DNA of 64,000 nt, from assembly GCA_037440925.1 (NCBI GenBank), contig JBBITF010000006.1, positions 1 through 64,000 on the forward strand, given 5' to 3'. The translations under genes were made by a program, and so were the position numbers. The notes below the pieces were generated by a model. The model was not told the origin of the DNA, did not search any database, and saw only the letters and a list, made by a program, of their open reading frames with translations. Origin of the DNA: Chloroflexota bacterium. GTDB taxonomy: Bacteria; Chloroflexota; Anaerolineae; Anaerolineales; Villigracilaceae. Each line of letters opens with the position of its first letter. Positions within the stretch are counted from its first letter, which is position 1. This document shows positions 40,516-49,014 of the stretch, piece after piece.

Positions 40516-40704
40516 ATGAACATTGGCGGTTTGGTTCACGCATATTTCGACAATGCCGGCCCGGGCGGAGTCTTTGTCTTGCTGGTTGTCGGCGTTGCCT
40601 GCACTACCTACTACCTCCTGGCCCGCTGGTTCGTAGCCGGCGGTAGAACAGAGAGCCAGGCAGTTCCTTCTACCGATGAACAACCTGTGAGCATGGACGA
40701 ATGA
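40516..40704 (+). CDS. Small single-TM membrane protein
   Basis: 62 aa. ATGA overlap with the downstream gene. Hydrophobic core GVFVLLVVGVACTTYYLLA. Confidence 0.4.
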   Translation: MNIGGLVHAYFDNAGPGGVFVLLVVGVACTTYYLLARWFVAGGRTESQAVPSTDEQPVSMDE

Positions 40705-42791
40705 AACGACGAATTCTGCTTCCCTCCCTGGTCTTCCTGGCGGTCCTGACGCTGGCCGTCGGCTCCGTCTCCGCTTCCTCCCTCGACTTCAGCCTGCCTG
40801 CCTCGGCCGAAGGAGAGACTCTCGTCTCCGGCAATTACTGCGCCTCCTGTCATCTGACCGATGACCCGCGCCTGGCGTCTGCCACGGCTTGGAAAGGCGG
40901 CATCCAAAGCAAAGTCAACTCGCCCTGCCCGGCAGCCATCAAAATACACGAAGAACTATATTACACCGAACGGTTGCTGCTCATGATCGAACGCGCCGAA
41001 AACGCAGTTGGCCCCTTGCCCGAAAAGAGCCAGGCTCGTTTGGAGGACTATACCCAGCGTTACAGCCGTATGCTCGATACGCCTGTCGGCAGCCTGGACG
41101 CTTTCGTCAGTGAAGCCCAGTCAACTCGTTATCAGTTGAACAAGGCCTATGCTGCGCTCAATCAAATGGCGCAAGACGCCAAACAGCGCACAATCTTGAC
41201 GTATGCGGCGGCGATTACCTTGATTGTGCTTGGCTCATTGGCCTGGGGCGTGTACAACTCCCGCGCGCTGGCCTCTGGAAAGGTGAGCCGATCTTGGGGG
41301 CTATTCTGGCGTGTGCTGTTTATCGTGGCTGTTGTGGCGTTCTTTACCTTGCCTTTCTTCCGTGTGCCGGCCGAAGAGGTGGTGATGACCACTGCCGAAC
41401 AGCAGGAAGCCCAGGCAACCCTCGATGCCGCTCAACGCGCAGCCGACGCTGCCGACCGTTCGCAGGCGCGCGCCTGGATGTTAGCCCGCGTTGCGGCTGC
41501 CTATGCCGAAATGGACGCCGCCCAAGCCCAGGCTATCCTGGATGAAGCGCTGACCTCGCTCGACGTAGCCCGCAAGAACGAAGAAGCCCTGTGGGGGCAA
41601 AGCCTGGTCGTGCAAGAAGTGACGGTTGGCACCAAAATCGAAATGGAATCGGCCGGCCTCATCACCGCCGACCTGAACGCTGCCCGCGCCCGCGCCTGGG
41701 CCTTGCCGCTGGTTGCCCGGCAGTGGAACGCCCTCGATCCAATCAAAGCCGCCGCCCTCTTACAGGCCGAACAGGACGCCCTGATTGGCCAAGAAGGCCT
41801 CTACCGTGATTTACAATTGCGCGCCCTATCGCTGGCCTGGGTCGAAGTGAATCCTTCCAAGGCCGCCCCTGCTGCCGCCCAAATACAGGACGCTTCCCTG
41901 CGCGCCTGGACCTTCCGTGAACTGGCGGACCTGACCCACAACCCCTCACTCTATGACAAAGCCCTCCAGGCTGCGCGTGAAATCACGGACCCTGTCCAGA
42001 AAGCGCGCGCCCTGCGAGAGATTGCCCACTCTTCTGGCAAGAGCGCCCTTTTCGAGGAAGCCCTGACCGCGCTAGATGGCGTGACCGACCCCGCTTTGGC
42101 CTATGCCCTCAGCGACCTGGCCGCTGCCTGGGGCAACGCTTCTCTGGTCGAAAGAATCGCCTACCCCGATGCCCGCGCCAGCGCCTTGCTGCGCATGGGA
42201 GAATACCCCTCCGCTTGGGAGGCGGCGGCAGGCATCGCTGATCCTTACGAACAGGCGCGCGCCCAAGCCGCCATTGCTTCTGCCTGGGGCAATGCCGATG
42301 CCGCCATGCAGATTGCTGTCCCCTTATACCGCGATTTGGCATTGCGCGATGTCATCCGAAAAACGGGAAATACGTCACTGGCAGAGGCAATTACCTCCAA
42401 GTACTATAAAGTCCAGGCTCTAACTGCTCTAGGCGAGACCGAATCTGCCCTCCAAGTAGCCGCCGACCTGGGCGAAACCTACCCCTTGGTTGATTTGGCT
42501 GTCCATTTGTCCGCCTCCAATCCGCAGGCGGCGTTGGCCTTGGTCGAGCAGATGAAGCGCGAAAGCGACAAAGCCATTGCCTTGCAGGCTATTGCTGTTG
42601 CCTCGCAGGACCCGTCGCTCATCGAACAGGCGCAGGGCATGGCACTGGCCGCCCGCGTGCGCGGCGACTCGCTGGCCCCGGCCCAGGCTTTGCTCGATCT
42701 TGCAAATGCCCTTCTGGAAGTAGATGTCAAATACGCAGAAGCAGCCTTTCGTCAGGCGTATGAAGCGGCGCAGCGCATTGCAACCAAATGA
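40701..42791 (+). CDS. Monoheme cytochrome c fused to two TM helices and a ~450-aa Ala-rich alpha-helical repeat domain
   Basis: Signal peptide. CASCH heme motif at residues 48-52. TM helices near residues 175-230. Then about 31-aa repeats (…DP..QKARALREIAHS…; …DPALAYALSDLAAAWGN…; …DPYEQARAQAAIASAWGN…). Confidence 0.6.
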   Translation: MKRRILLPSLVFLAVLTLAVGSVSASSLDFSLPASAEGETLVSGNYCASCHLTDDPRLASATAWKGGIQSKVNSPCPAAIKIHEELYYTERLLLMIERAENAVGPLPEKSQARLEDYTQRYSRMLDTPVGSLDAFVSEAQSTRYQLNKAYAALNQMAQDAKQRTILTYAAAITLIVLGSLAWGVYNSRALASGKVSRSWGLFWRVLFIVAVVAFFTLPFFRVPAEEVVMTTAEQQEAQATLDAAQRAADAADRSQARAWMLARVAAAYAEMDAAQAQAILDEALTSLDVARKNEEALWGQSLVVQEVTVGTKIEMESAGLITADLNAARARAWALPLVARQWNALDPIKAAALLQAEQDALIGQEGLYRDLQLRALSLAWVEVNPSKAAPAAAQIQDASLRAWTFRELADLTHNPSLYDKALQAAREITDPVQKARALREIAHSSGKSALFEEALTALDGVTDPALAYALSDLAAAWGNASLVERIAYPDARASALLRMGEYPSAWEAAAGIADPYEQARAQAAIASAWGNADAAMQIAVPLYRDLALRDVIRKTGNTSLAEAITSKYYKVQALTALGETESALQVAADLGETYPLVDLAVHLSASNPQAALALVEQMKRESDKAIALQAIAVASQDPSLIEQAQGMALAARVRGDSLAPAQALLDLANALLEVDVKYAEAAFRQAYEAAQRIATK

Positions 42792-42812
42792 ACGATTCTG
42801 CGAGGTCATGCG

Positions 42813-43196
42813 ATGTTGAATGAATATACCGGTAAGCGCGTTCTTGTGATTGCCACCTTTGGTTCTGCTAACCCAGAGCGCGGCCCCGGTCCATTTGTCT
42901 TTGCCGGCGAAGCCGCCAGGGGCGGCGCTGAAGTCATGCTCATCTTTGTCTTGCAAGCGCCGCTGCTCCTCAAGCGGGGCGTTGCGGAGAAATTGTATGC
43001 CAAACAAGGCGGGCGTACCATCCGCGAATTCATTGATGATGCCCTGCGGCTTGGGGTAAAATGCTATGTGTGTGATACGGCGTTGCAACTTTGCGACATG
43101 ACGCCCGAAGACTTGATTGAAGAAGTGGACGAACTGGTCGGCCCCAGTTTCTTGATCAAACAAGGATTACAGGCTGATCTGGTTCTCTCTTTCTAA
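42813..43196 (+). CDS. DsrE/DsrF-family (sulfur-relay-like) protein
   Basis: 127 aa, KRVLVIATFGSANPERG N-terminus characteristic of the DsrE/DsrF/TusD fold. Conserved Cys (CYVCD). Confidence 0.55.
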   Translation: MLNEYTGKRVLVIATFGSANPERGPGPFVFAGEAARGGAEVMLIFVLQAPLLLKRGVAEKLYAKQGGRTIREFIDDALRLGVKCYVCDTALQLCDMTPEDLIEEVDELVGPSFLIKQGLQADLVLSF

Positions 43197-43215
43197 AAAA
43201 CCATTTGGAGGTAGT

Positions 43216-43416
43216 ATGTTCATCGTAACCATTGATATCCAAAAATGTAAAGCCTGCGGTGATTGCGTGGAAAATTGCCCTCAACAGGCCATTGCCATCA
43301 CCGAAGAAGGCGGCAAAAAGTATGCCATGTTTACCGGTAGTCCCGATGATTGTATTGGCTGCTTATCCTGCGAATCTTCTTGTGAAGAAGGCGCCATTAC
43401 CGTTACCGAGTACTAA
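43216..43416 (+). CDS. 2x[4Fe-4S] ferredoxin
   Basis: 66 aa. CKACGDCVENCP and CIGCLSCESSCE motifs. Confidence 0.8.
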   Translation: MFIVTIDIQKCKACGDCVENCPQQAIAITEEGGKKYAMFTGSPDDCIGCLSCESSCEEGAITVTEY

Positions 43417-43463
43417 TCGCGCTGTTTTCTCCTCTTACGCTAACGGCTGGATGTATTCCCCTG

Positions 43464-44888
43464 ATGACTGCTCGAACCCGTCATGCGCCTCGTCTGGTCA
43501 TTGCGGCGCCCCAGGGTCGAAGTGGAAAAACCACCCTGACCTTGGGATTGTGCGCCGCATTCAAAGCGCGCGCGCTGACCATCCAGCCCTACAAAAAAGG
43601 ACCCGATTACATTGATCCCTCCTGGCTGAGTGAAGCCGCTGGAACCCTCTGCCGTTCCCTAGACCCTTTCTTTTACGAAAAGCCCGAAGAACTCTTACGG
43701 GCTTTTCTGCGCTCTGCTCCTCAAGATGGGGTGAGCCTGATCGAAGGCAATCACGGCTTGTTTGACTCCTTCGATGAAAGCGGACGAGGTAGCACGGCTG
43801 CGGTTGCGCGCACGTTGCAGGCTCCCCTCCTGTTGGTGATCAATGCCGCCCGCATGGGGCGCAGCGCCGCGGCCATCGTGCATGGCTGTCAAACCTTCGA
43901 GCCAGAAACGAACATCGCCGGCGTGGTTCTGAACAACGTAGCGCAAGGTCGCCACGAGGCCCGTATGCGCCAGGCCATTGAAAGTCGCTGCGGTGTGCCT
44001 GTATTGGGCGCCATTCCACGCGACGAAACCCTGACCATCCCCGACCGTCACCTGGGATTGGTGCCTCGCGCCGAACAAGACGCGCTTCTTCCCGCCATCA
44101 CAGCCTGCCGGCAGACTATCGAGCGCTACCTCGACCTCGATGCTGTCCTGGCTATAGCCCGGGCTGCGCCTGCTTTACCCGCTCCCTCTCCGGCCTCCTC
44201 CGCGGCCCAGCCGGTCTCGCATCGGCCGCTCATCGGCGTCCTGCGCGACCGTGCCTTTACCTTCTACTACCCTGAAAATTTAGAAGCCCTGGAAGAAGCC
44301 GGTGCCGACCTGCTCTTCCTGGACGCTTTGCGTGACGCCGAATTGCCCCCTGTAGACGCCCTCTACATCGGCGGCGGCTTCCCCGAAATATTCATGGACG
44401 AGTTGTCTGCCAACGTTTCTCTGCGCCGCGCCATCCGCGAAGCCATCGAAAACGACTTGCCGGTCTACGCCGAATGCGGCGGCCTGATGTACCTCTCCCA
44501 GCGCATTGTGTGGGGCGAAAAATCGGCCGAGATGGTGGGCGCCTTGCCCTGCGAAATCGAAATGACCTCCAAACCCCAGGGACATGGCTACGTAACTGCC
44601 CAGGTGGAGGCCGAGAATCCTTTTTTCTCGCCGGGCCTGCTCTTGCGTGGACATGAGTTCCACAACTCGCGGCTTGTAATGCTCCCTGGCAACCGCCTTG
44701 CAACGGCTTATCGCCTCTTGCGCGGCAATGGAGTAGGCGATGGCCGCGATGGGCTTCTTTACCGTAACACATTGGCTTCTTACACTCATTTGCATTCTGG
44801 CGGAGCGCCTGACTGGGCCGTTGGCCTGGTTCATCGGGCGCAGGTTTATCGAGAAAACCGCCTACAAGCAGAAATGGATAACAGATGA
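43464..44888 (+). CDS. dsrN: DsrN (cobyrinic acid a,c-diamide synthase homologue; siroheme amidase)
   Basis: CbiA/CobB architecture with N-terminal P-loop (APQGRSGKTT) and C-terminal glutamine amidotransferase domain (YAECGGLMYL). Located in the dsr locus. Confidence 0.75.
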   Translation: MTARTRHAPRLVIAAPQGRSGKTTLTLGLCAAFKARALTIQPYKKGPDYIDPSWLSEAAGTLCRSLDPFFYEKPEELLRAFLRSAPQDGVSLIEGNHGLFDSFDESGRGSTAAVARTLQAPLLLVINAARMGRSAAAIVHGCQTFEPETNIAGVVLNNVAQGRHEARMRQAIESRCGVPVLGAIPRDETLTIPDRHLGLVPRAEQDALLPAITACRQTIERYLDLDAVLAIARAAPALPAPSPASSAAQPVSHRPLIGVLRDRAFTFYYPENLEALEEAGADLLFLDALRDAELPPVDALYIGGGFPEIFMDELSANVSLRRAIREAIENDLPVYAECGGLMYLSQRIVWGEKSAEMVGALPCEIEMTSKPQGHGYVTAQVEAENPFFSPGLLLRGHEFHNSRLVMLPGNRLATAYRLLRGNGVGDGRDGLLYRNTLASYTHLHSGGAPDWAVGLVHRAQVYRENRLQAEMDNR

Positions 44889-46015
44889 GGCTGCCTCTCC
44901 TTTCCAATATTGGTAATTTTTTCCCAAAATTGCGCTCGAAACCGGATGTCCAGGCCTCCAAAAAACGGCCGTTTAACGTCGTGCAAATCGAAATCACCAG
45001 TCGCTGCAGCACCGGCTGTGTCTTCTGCCCGCATGATGCTTTGTCTGACAAATGGATAGACGGGGACCTGTCGCCGCTCATGTATGAAGAATATATCGTC
45101 CCGCATCTGGATTTGTTCGATTTGGTGTACCTGCAAGGCTGGGGCGAACCTATGCTGCACCCCAACCTGTGGGATATGCTGGCCTCGGCTCAAGACAAGG
45201 GTTGCCGCACCGGCTTCACCACCAACGGCGCCTGGCTGCAAAGCGAACAAAATCAGCGTCTGGTAGAGATGGGTGTGGATATGATTTCCGTCTCTTTTGC
45301 CGGGACGGCTGCTCCCATTCACGAATCGCTGCGTACCAATTCTCAGTTTGCCGAACTGTGTAGCAATTTCGAGAGCCTGGCCAACCTCAAGAAACAACGC
45401 GGCGTGACCAAACCCTGGCTCGAATTGCATTTCCTGATGACCCGCGCCAATTTGAAAGAATTCCCTGGCCTGGTCGAACTGGCTGCCTCCCTAGGCGCGG
45501 ATGAAGTAGTCGCCACCAACCTCACCTATTCCCCGAGCCTGGCGCTAGACCGGATGCACATCTTTGGCGAACAGCCTCTGCCTGAAGATGTCGAACTGAT
45601 TCAGCGCGCCCAAGCCAACGCTGAACGGCTGAACATTCCGCTGCGCGTTTACCCGCTCCAAACCGAACCCAATACCCTGGTCTGTGACGCTGACCCGCTC
45701 AATACCGTGTACGTCAACCATCGCGGCGAGGTCTCCCCTTGTGTCTATCTGGGGCTAACAGTGCAGGGAAGGGTTCCGCGCTTCTATCAGGGCGAAGCTC
45801 ACCCATTTGACGCCCTTTCCTTTGGAAATATTCAGACAGGTTTCTTGAAGGCGCTTCATGGAAAAGAGCGCGAGACCTTCCTGTCTGCTTTCAAACAACG
45901 CAATATGACCAGCGGCCCTCTGGCGATGCTTACCTACATGTCCGAACCAGGCCAGGCTGAATTGCCGCCTCCGCCTGTCCCTTGTCAGCATTGCTACAAA
46001 ATGTTGGGCGTGTGA
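44885..46015 (+). CDS. Radical SAM protein with C-terminal SPASM/twitch-like Cys cluster (AhbC/AhbD/NirJ-like)
   Basis: CxxxCxxC (CSTGCVFC). GGE-like GWGEP motif. C-terminal cysteines (CVYLG...CQHCYK). ATGA overlap with dsrN stop. Confidence 0.65.
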   Translation: MRLPLLSNIGNFFPKLRSKPDVQASKKRPFNVVQIEITSRCSTGCVFCPHDALSDKWIDGDLSPLMYEEYIVPHLDLFDLVYLQGWGEPMLHPNLWDMLASAQDKGCRTGFTTNGAWLQSEQNQRLVEMGVDMISVSFAGTAAPIHESLRTNSQFAELCSNFESLANLKKQRGVTKPWLELHFLMTRANLKEFPGLVELAASLGADEVVATNLTYSPSLALDRMHIFGEQPLPEDVELIQRAQANAERLNIPLRVYPLQTEPNTLVCDADPLNTVYVNHRGEVSPCVYLGLTVQGRVPRFYQGEAHPFDALSFGNIQTGFLKALHGKERETFLSAFKQRNMTSGPLAMLTYMSEPGQAELPPPPVPCQHCYKMLGV

Positions 46016-46085
46016 ACGATCATGATCGCTCAACTCCCTACTTTTCTTTTGAGAGGACCTAAAATTTTTGTTGAAGAGGTTTCCA

Positions 46086-48944
46086 ATGCCAAACGATGCA
46101 CAAAATAAGACAGCCAAGAACCAAGAGCAAGCCTGGCACGCGCTGCCTGTCGAGGAAGTGCTTCGCCACCTCGAAGTGCAGGAAAATGGATTGAGCGCCG
46201 AACAGGCTGCCCAACGTTTGAAACAATATGGACCGAACCAATTGCAGGAAGCGCCGCGCCCCACCTTTTGGCACATGCTGTGGGAGCAGTTGAACAACTT
46301 TGTGGTCATCCTGCTCATCGTGGCATCCATTATTTCTGCCCTCTTGGGCGATTACGTGGAAGCCGCTGCCATCATGGCCATCGTCGCGCTGAATGCCGTT
46401 CTCGGCATCATTCAGGAACAGCGCGCCGAAGAAGCCCTGGCGGCATTGAAAAAATTGGCCGCGCCCGATGCCCAGGTGCTGCGCGATGGCCGCCGGCAGA
46501 CCATCCCGGCGCGCGACCTGGTGCCCGGCGACATCGTCTTCCTGGAAGCAGGCAATTTCGTCCCGGCGGATGTGCGCCTGCTCGAGGCGGTCAACCTGCG
46601 CATCGAAGAGGCCTCCCTCACCGGCGAGTCCCTGCCGGTGCAGAAGAGCGCCGTTTCCATCATTGACAAGGATGTGCCGATTGGCGACCGCAAGAACACC
46701 GCCTTCATGGGGACGACCGTTTCCTACGGGCGCGGACGCGGCGTGGTGGTCAGCACCGGGATGCGCACCCAGTTGGGCCTGATCGCCACCATGCTCCAGA
46801 CCGTGGAAACAGAGGAAACCCCGCTCCAGCGTCGCCTCGATCAGTTGGGCAAGACCTTGAGCATCGCCTCGCTCATCCTGGTTGCCATCGTCTTCGTGGT
46901 GGCTTTGCTCGATTACACCAATATCAATTTGCTTTTCAGCGGGCCGCTGGATTACTTCAAATCCTATAGCCGCGAGATTACGGATGTGTTCATCATCGCG
47001 GTCAGTCTGGCGATTGCAGCCGTGCCAGAGGGCCTGCCGGCCGTTGTGACTATCAGCCTGGCGCTGGGTATGCGCGAGATGATCCGCCGTCACGCCCTCA
47101 TCCGCAAACTGGCCTCTGTGGAGACGCTTGGCTCGGCCACCGTCATCTGTTCCGATAAGACCGGCACCCTGACTCAGAACGAGATGACCGTTACGCGCCT
47201 GTGGGCCGACGGCCAGTTCTTGCATGTCACCGGCACGGGCTACGTTCCGCAAGGAGAGTTTCAGGTGGATGGGAAGACAGTGGACATCAAGAACTATCCC
47301 GCCATCCTGACCTCCCTGTGGCTGGGCGTGCTGAACAACGACGCCGACATCGAGATTACCGGCGAGACTGAGGACGAAAAGACCTACCGCATCGTGGGCG
47401 ATCCCACCGAGGGCGCGTTACTTGTGGCGGCGGCCAAAGCAGGCGCCTTCCACGTCGAGGTGAAGCAGGCCTACCCGCGTGAGAACGAAGTGCCGTTCGA
47501 CTCGGAACGCAAGCGTATGATCACCATCCACGATGTAAGCCAACCGCGCCCGGAGGATATTTCCCCCTTTTATGACAACAAGATGAAGGATTGGGAGGTG
47601 ATTGCCGTCAAAGGCGCGCCCGACATCGTGCTGGGATTGTGTTCCCATTACCAGACGATGGATGACAAATCGAAACCGCTGACCGAAGAACAGCGCCAGC
47701 GCATCTTAGCCGCCAACGACGAGATGACGAAAGATGCTCTGCGCGTGCTGGGCGTGGCTTACCGCATCGTAAAAGAAGTGCCACAGACGGCTGACGGCTT
47801 GAAACCCGAAGAACTGGAAAAAGACCTGGTCTTCGTCGGCCTCTTGGGCATGATTGACCCGGCGCGTTTAGAAGTCAAACCTGCGCTCGAACAGGCGCGC
47901 CAGGCCGGCATCCGCACCGTCATGATCACCGGCGACTATCCTAACACCGCGCGCGCCATCGCCGAATCCATCGGCCTGATGAAGCGCCGCACGCGCGTGC
48001 TGACCGGCGCCGAAGTAGACAAAATGTCTGACGATGGGTTGCGCGACGTCATCGAGGAGACGGCCGTCTTTGCGCGCGTCTCGCCGGAACACAAGATGCG
48101 CATCGTGGACGCGCTGCAAGCCAATGGCGAAGTGGTCGCCATGACCGGCGACGGCGTCAACGATGCCCCGGCCATCAAGCGCGCCGACATCGGCGTAGCC
48201 ATGGGCATCACCGGCACCGACGTGGCCAAGGAAACCGCCGACATGGTGTTGACCGACGACAATTACGCCAGCATCGTCTCGGCGGTCGAGCAGGGACGCA
48301 TCATTTACAGCAACATCCGTAAATTTGTATATTATCTGCTTTCCTGCAATGTGGCAGAAATCCTGGTCATCTTCCTGGGTACGCTCATCTCGAAGAGCTC
48401 TCCTCTCACGGCTATCCAATTGCTCTGGCTCAACTTGGTGACCGACGGCGCCCCTGCTTTGGCCCTGGCCACGGAAAAGGGAGATCCAGACATTATGTCT
48501 CGTTTACCCCGTCCAAAGAATGAACCCATTATCAATCGTTTCATGCAATTGGGCATTCTTGTCCAAACGCTTGCCATTACCAGCGTGACGCTGGGGGCCT
48601 ACTTCTTGGGGTTGAAACTTCACCCCGAACAGCCCGAGTTTGCAGAAGCCATGGCGTTCGTTACCTTGTCACTCTCTGAACTGGCGCGCGCTTTTACGGC
48701 TCGCTCGGAATACTACCCCTTGTTCAAAATCGGGGTGTTCACGAACCGCAATATGAACCTGGCGATTCTACTTTCGGCCGCTTTGATCTTTGCGGTCATC
48801 TACATCCCATTCTTCAACCCCATTTTCAATACCGTTCCGCTAGGCTGGCAACAATGGGAAGTGTTGCTGCCTTTGCTCCTGGTGCCATCCCTGGCTGCTG
48901 AGATACTCAAGTATATCCATCAAAAAACTCGGAAACAGGATTGA
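46086..48944 (+). CDS. P-type ATPase, type IIA (Ca2+/Mg2+-transporting, SERCA/PMR1-like)
   Basis: DKTGTLT phosphorylation motif, TGES, GDGVNDAPAIKRADIG hinge, 10 TM. ATG 46086 (alternative TTG 46068). Confidence 0.85.
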   Translation: MPNDAQNKTAKNQEQAWHALPVEEVLRHLEVQENGLSAEQAAQRLKQYGPNQLQEAPRPTFWHMLWEQLNNFVVILLIVASIISALLGDYVEAAAIMAIVALNAVLGIIQEQRAEEALAALKKLAAPDAQVLRDGRRQTIPARDLVPGDIVFLEAGNFVPADVRLLEAVNLRIEEASLTGESLPVQKSAVSIIDKDVPIGDRKNTAFMGTTVSYGRGRGVVVSTGMRTQLGLIATMLQTVETEETPLQRRLDQLGKTLSIASLILVAIVFVVALLDYTNINLLFSGPLDYFKSYSREITDVFIIAVSLAIAAVPEGLPAVVTISLALGMREMIRRHALIRKLASVETLGSATVICSDKTGTLTQNEMTVTRLWADGQFLHVTGTGYVPQGEFQVDGKTVDIKNYPAILTSLWLGVLNNDADIEITGETEDEKTYRIVGDPTEGALLVAAAKAGAFHVEVKQAYPRENEVPFDSERKRMITIHDVSQPRPEDISPFYDNKMKDWEVIAVKGAPDIVLGLCSHYQTMDDKSKPLTEEQRQRILAANDEMTKDALRVLGVAYRIVKEVPQTADGLKPEELEKDLVFVGLLGMIDPARLEVKPALEQARQAGIRTVMITGDYPNTARAIAESIGLMKRRTRVLTGAEVDKMSDDGLRDVIEETAVFARVSPEHKMRIVDALQANGEVVAMTGDGVNDAPAIKRADIGVAMGITGTDVAKETADMVLTDDNYASIVSAVEQGRIIYSNIRKFVYYLLSCNVAEILVIFLGTLISKSSPLTAIQLLWLNLVTDGAPALALATEKGDPDIMSRLPRPKNEPIINRFMQLGILVQTLAITSVTLGAYFLGLKLHPEQPEFAEAMAFVTLSLSELARAFTARSEYYPLFKIGVFTNRNMNLAILLSAALIFAVIYIPFFNPIFNTVPLGWQQWEVLLPLLLVPSLAAEILKYIHQKTRKQD

Positions 48945-48952
48945 CTTAACGA

Positions 48953-48992
48953 ACGTCCCGAAGGTTCCAAAACCTTCGGGACGTTTTATTTT
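48953..48992 (+). terminator. Strong rho-independent terminator (also serves the convergent minus-strand operon)
   Basis: GTCCCGAAGGTT-ccaa-AACCTTCGGGAC followed by GTTTTATTTT. Confidence 0.8.
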
Positions 48993-49014
48993 GTTCGGGA
49001 AATCCCCGGCTATT

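Noticed and set aside
36081-40704. Labelling the Mo/FeS/NrfD genes outright as Alternative Complex III (ActBCD)
   Set aside because: The Mo-type subunit retains the FS0 four-cysteine motif and is separate from the FeS subunit. No ActF is present. A Rieske protein is present. The architecture is ACIII-like but not assignable without phylogeny.
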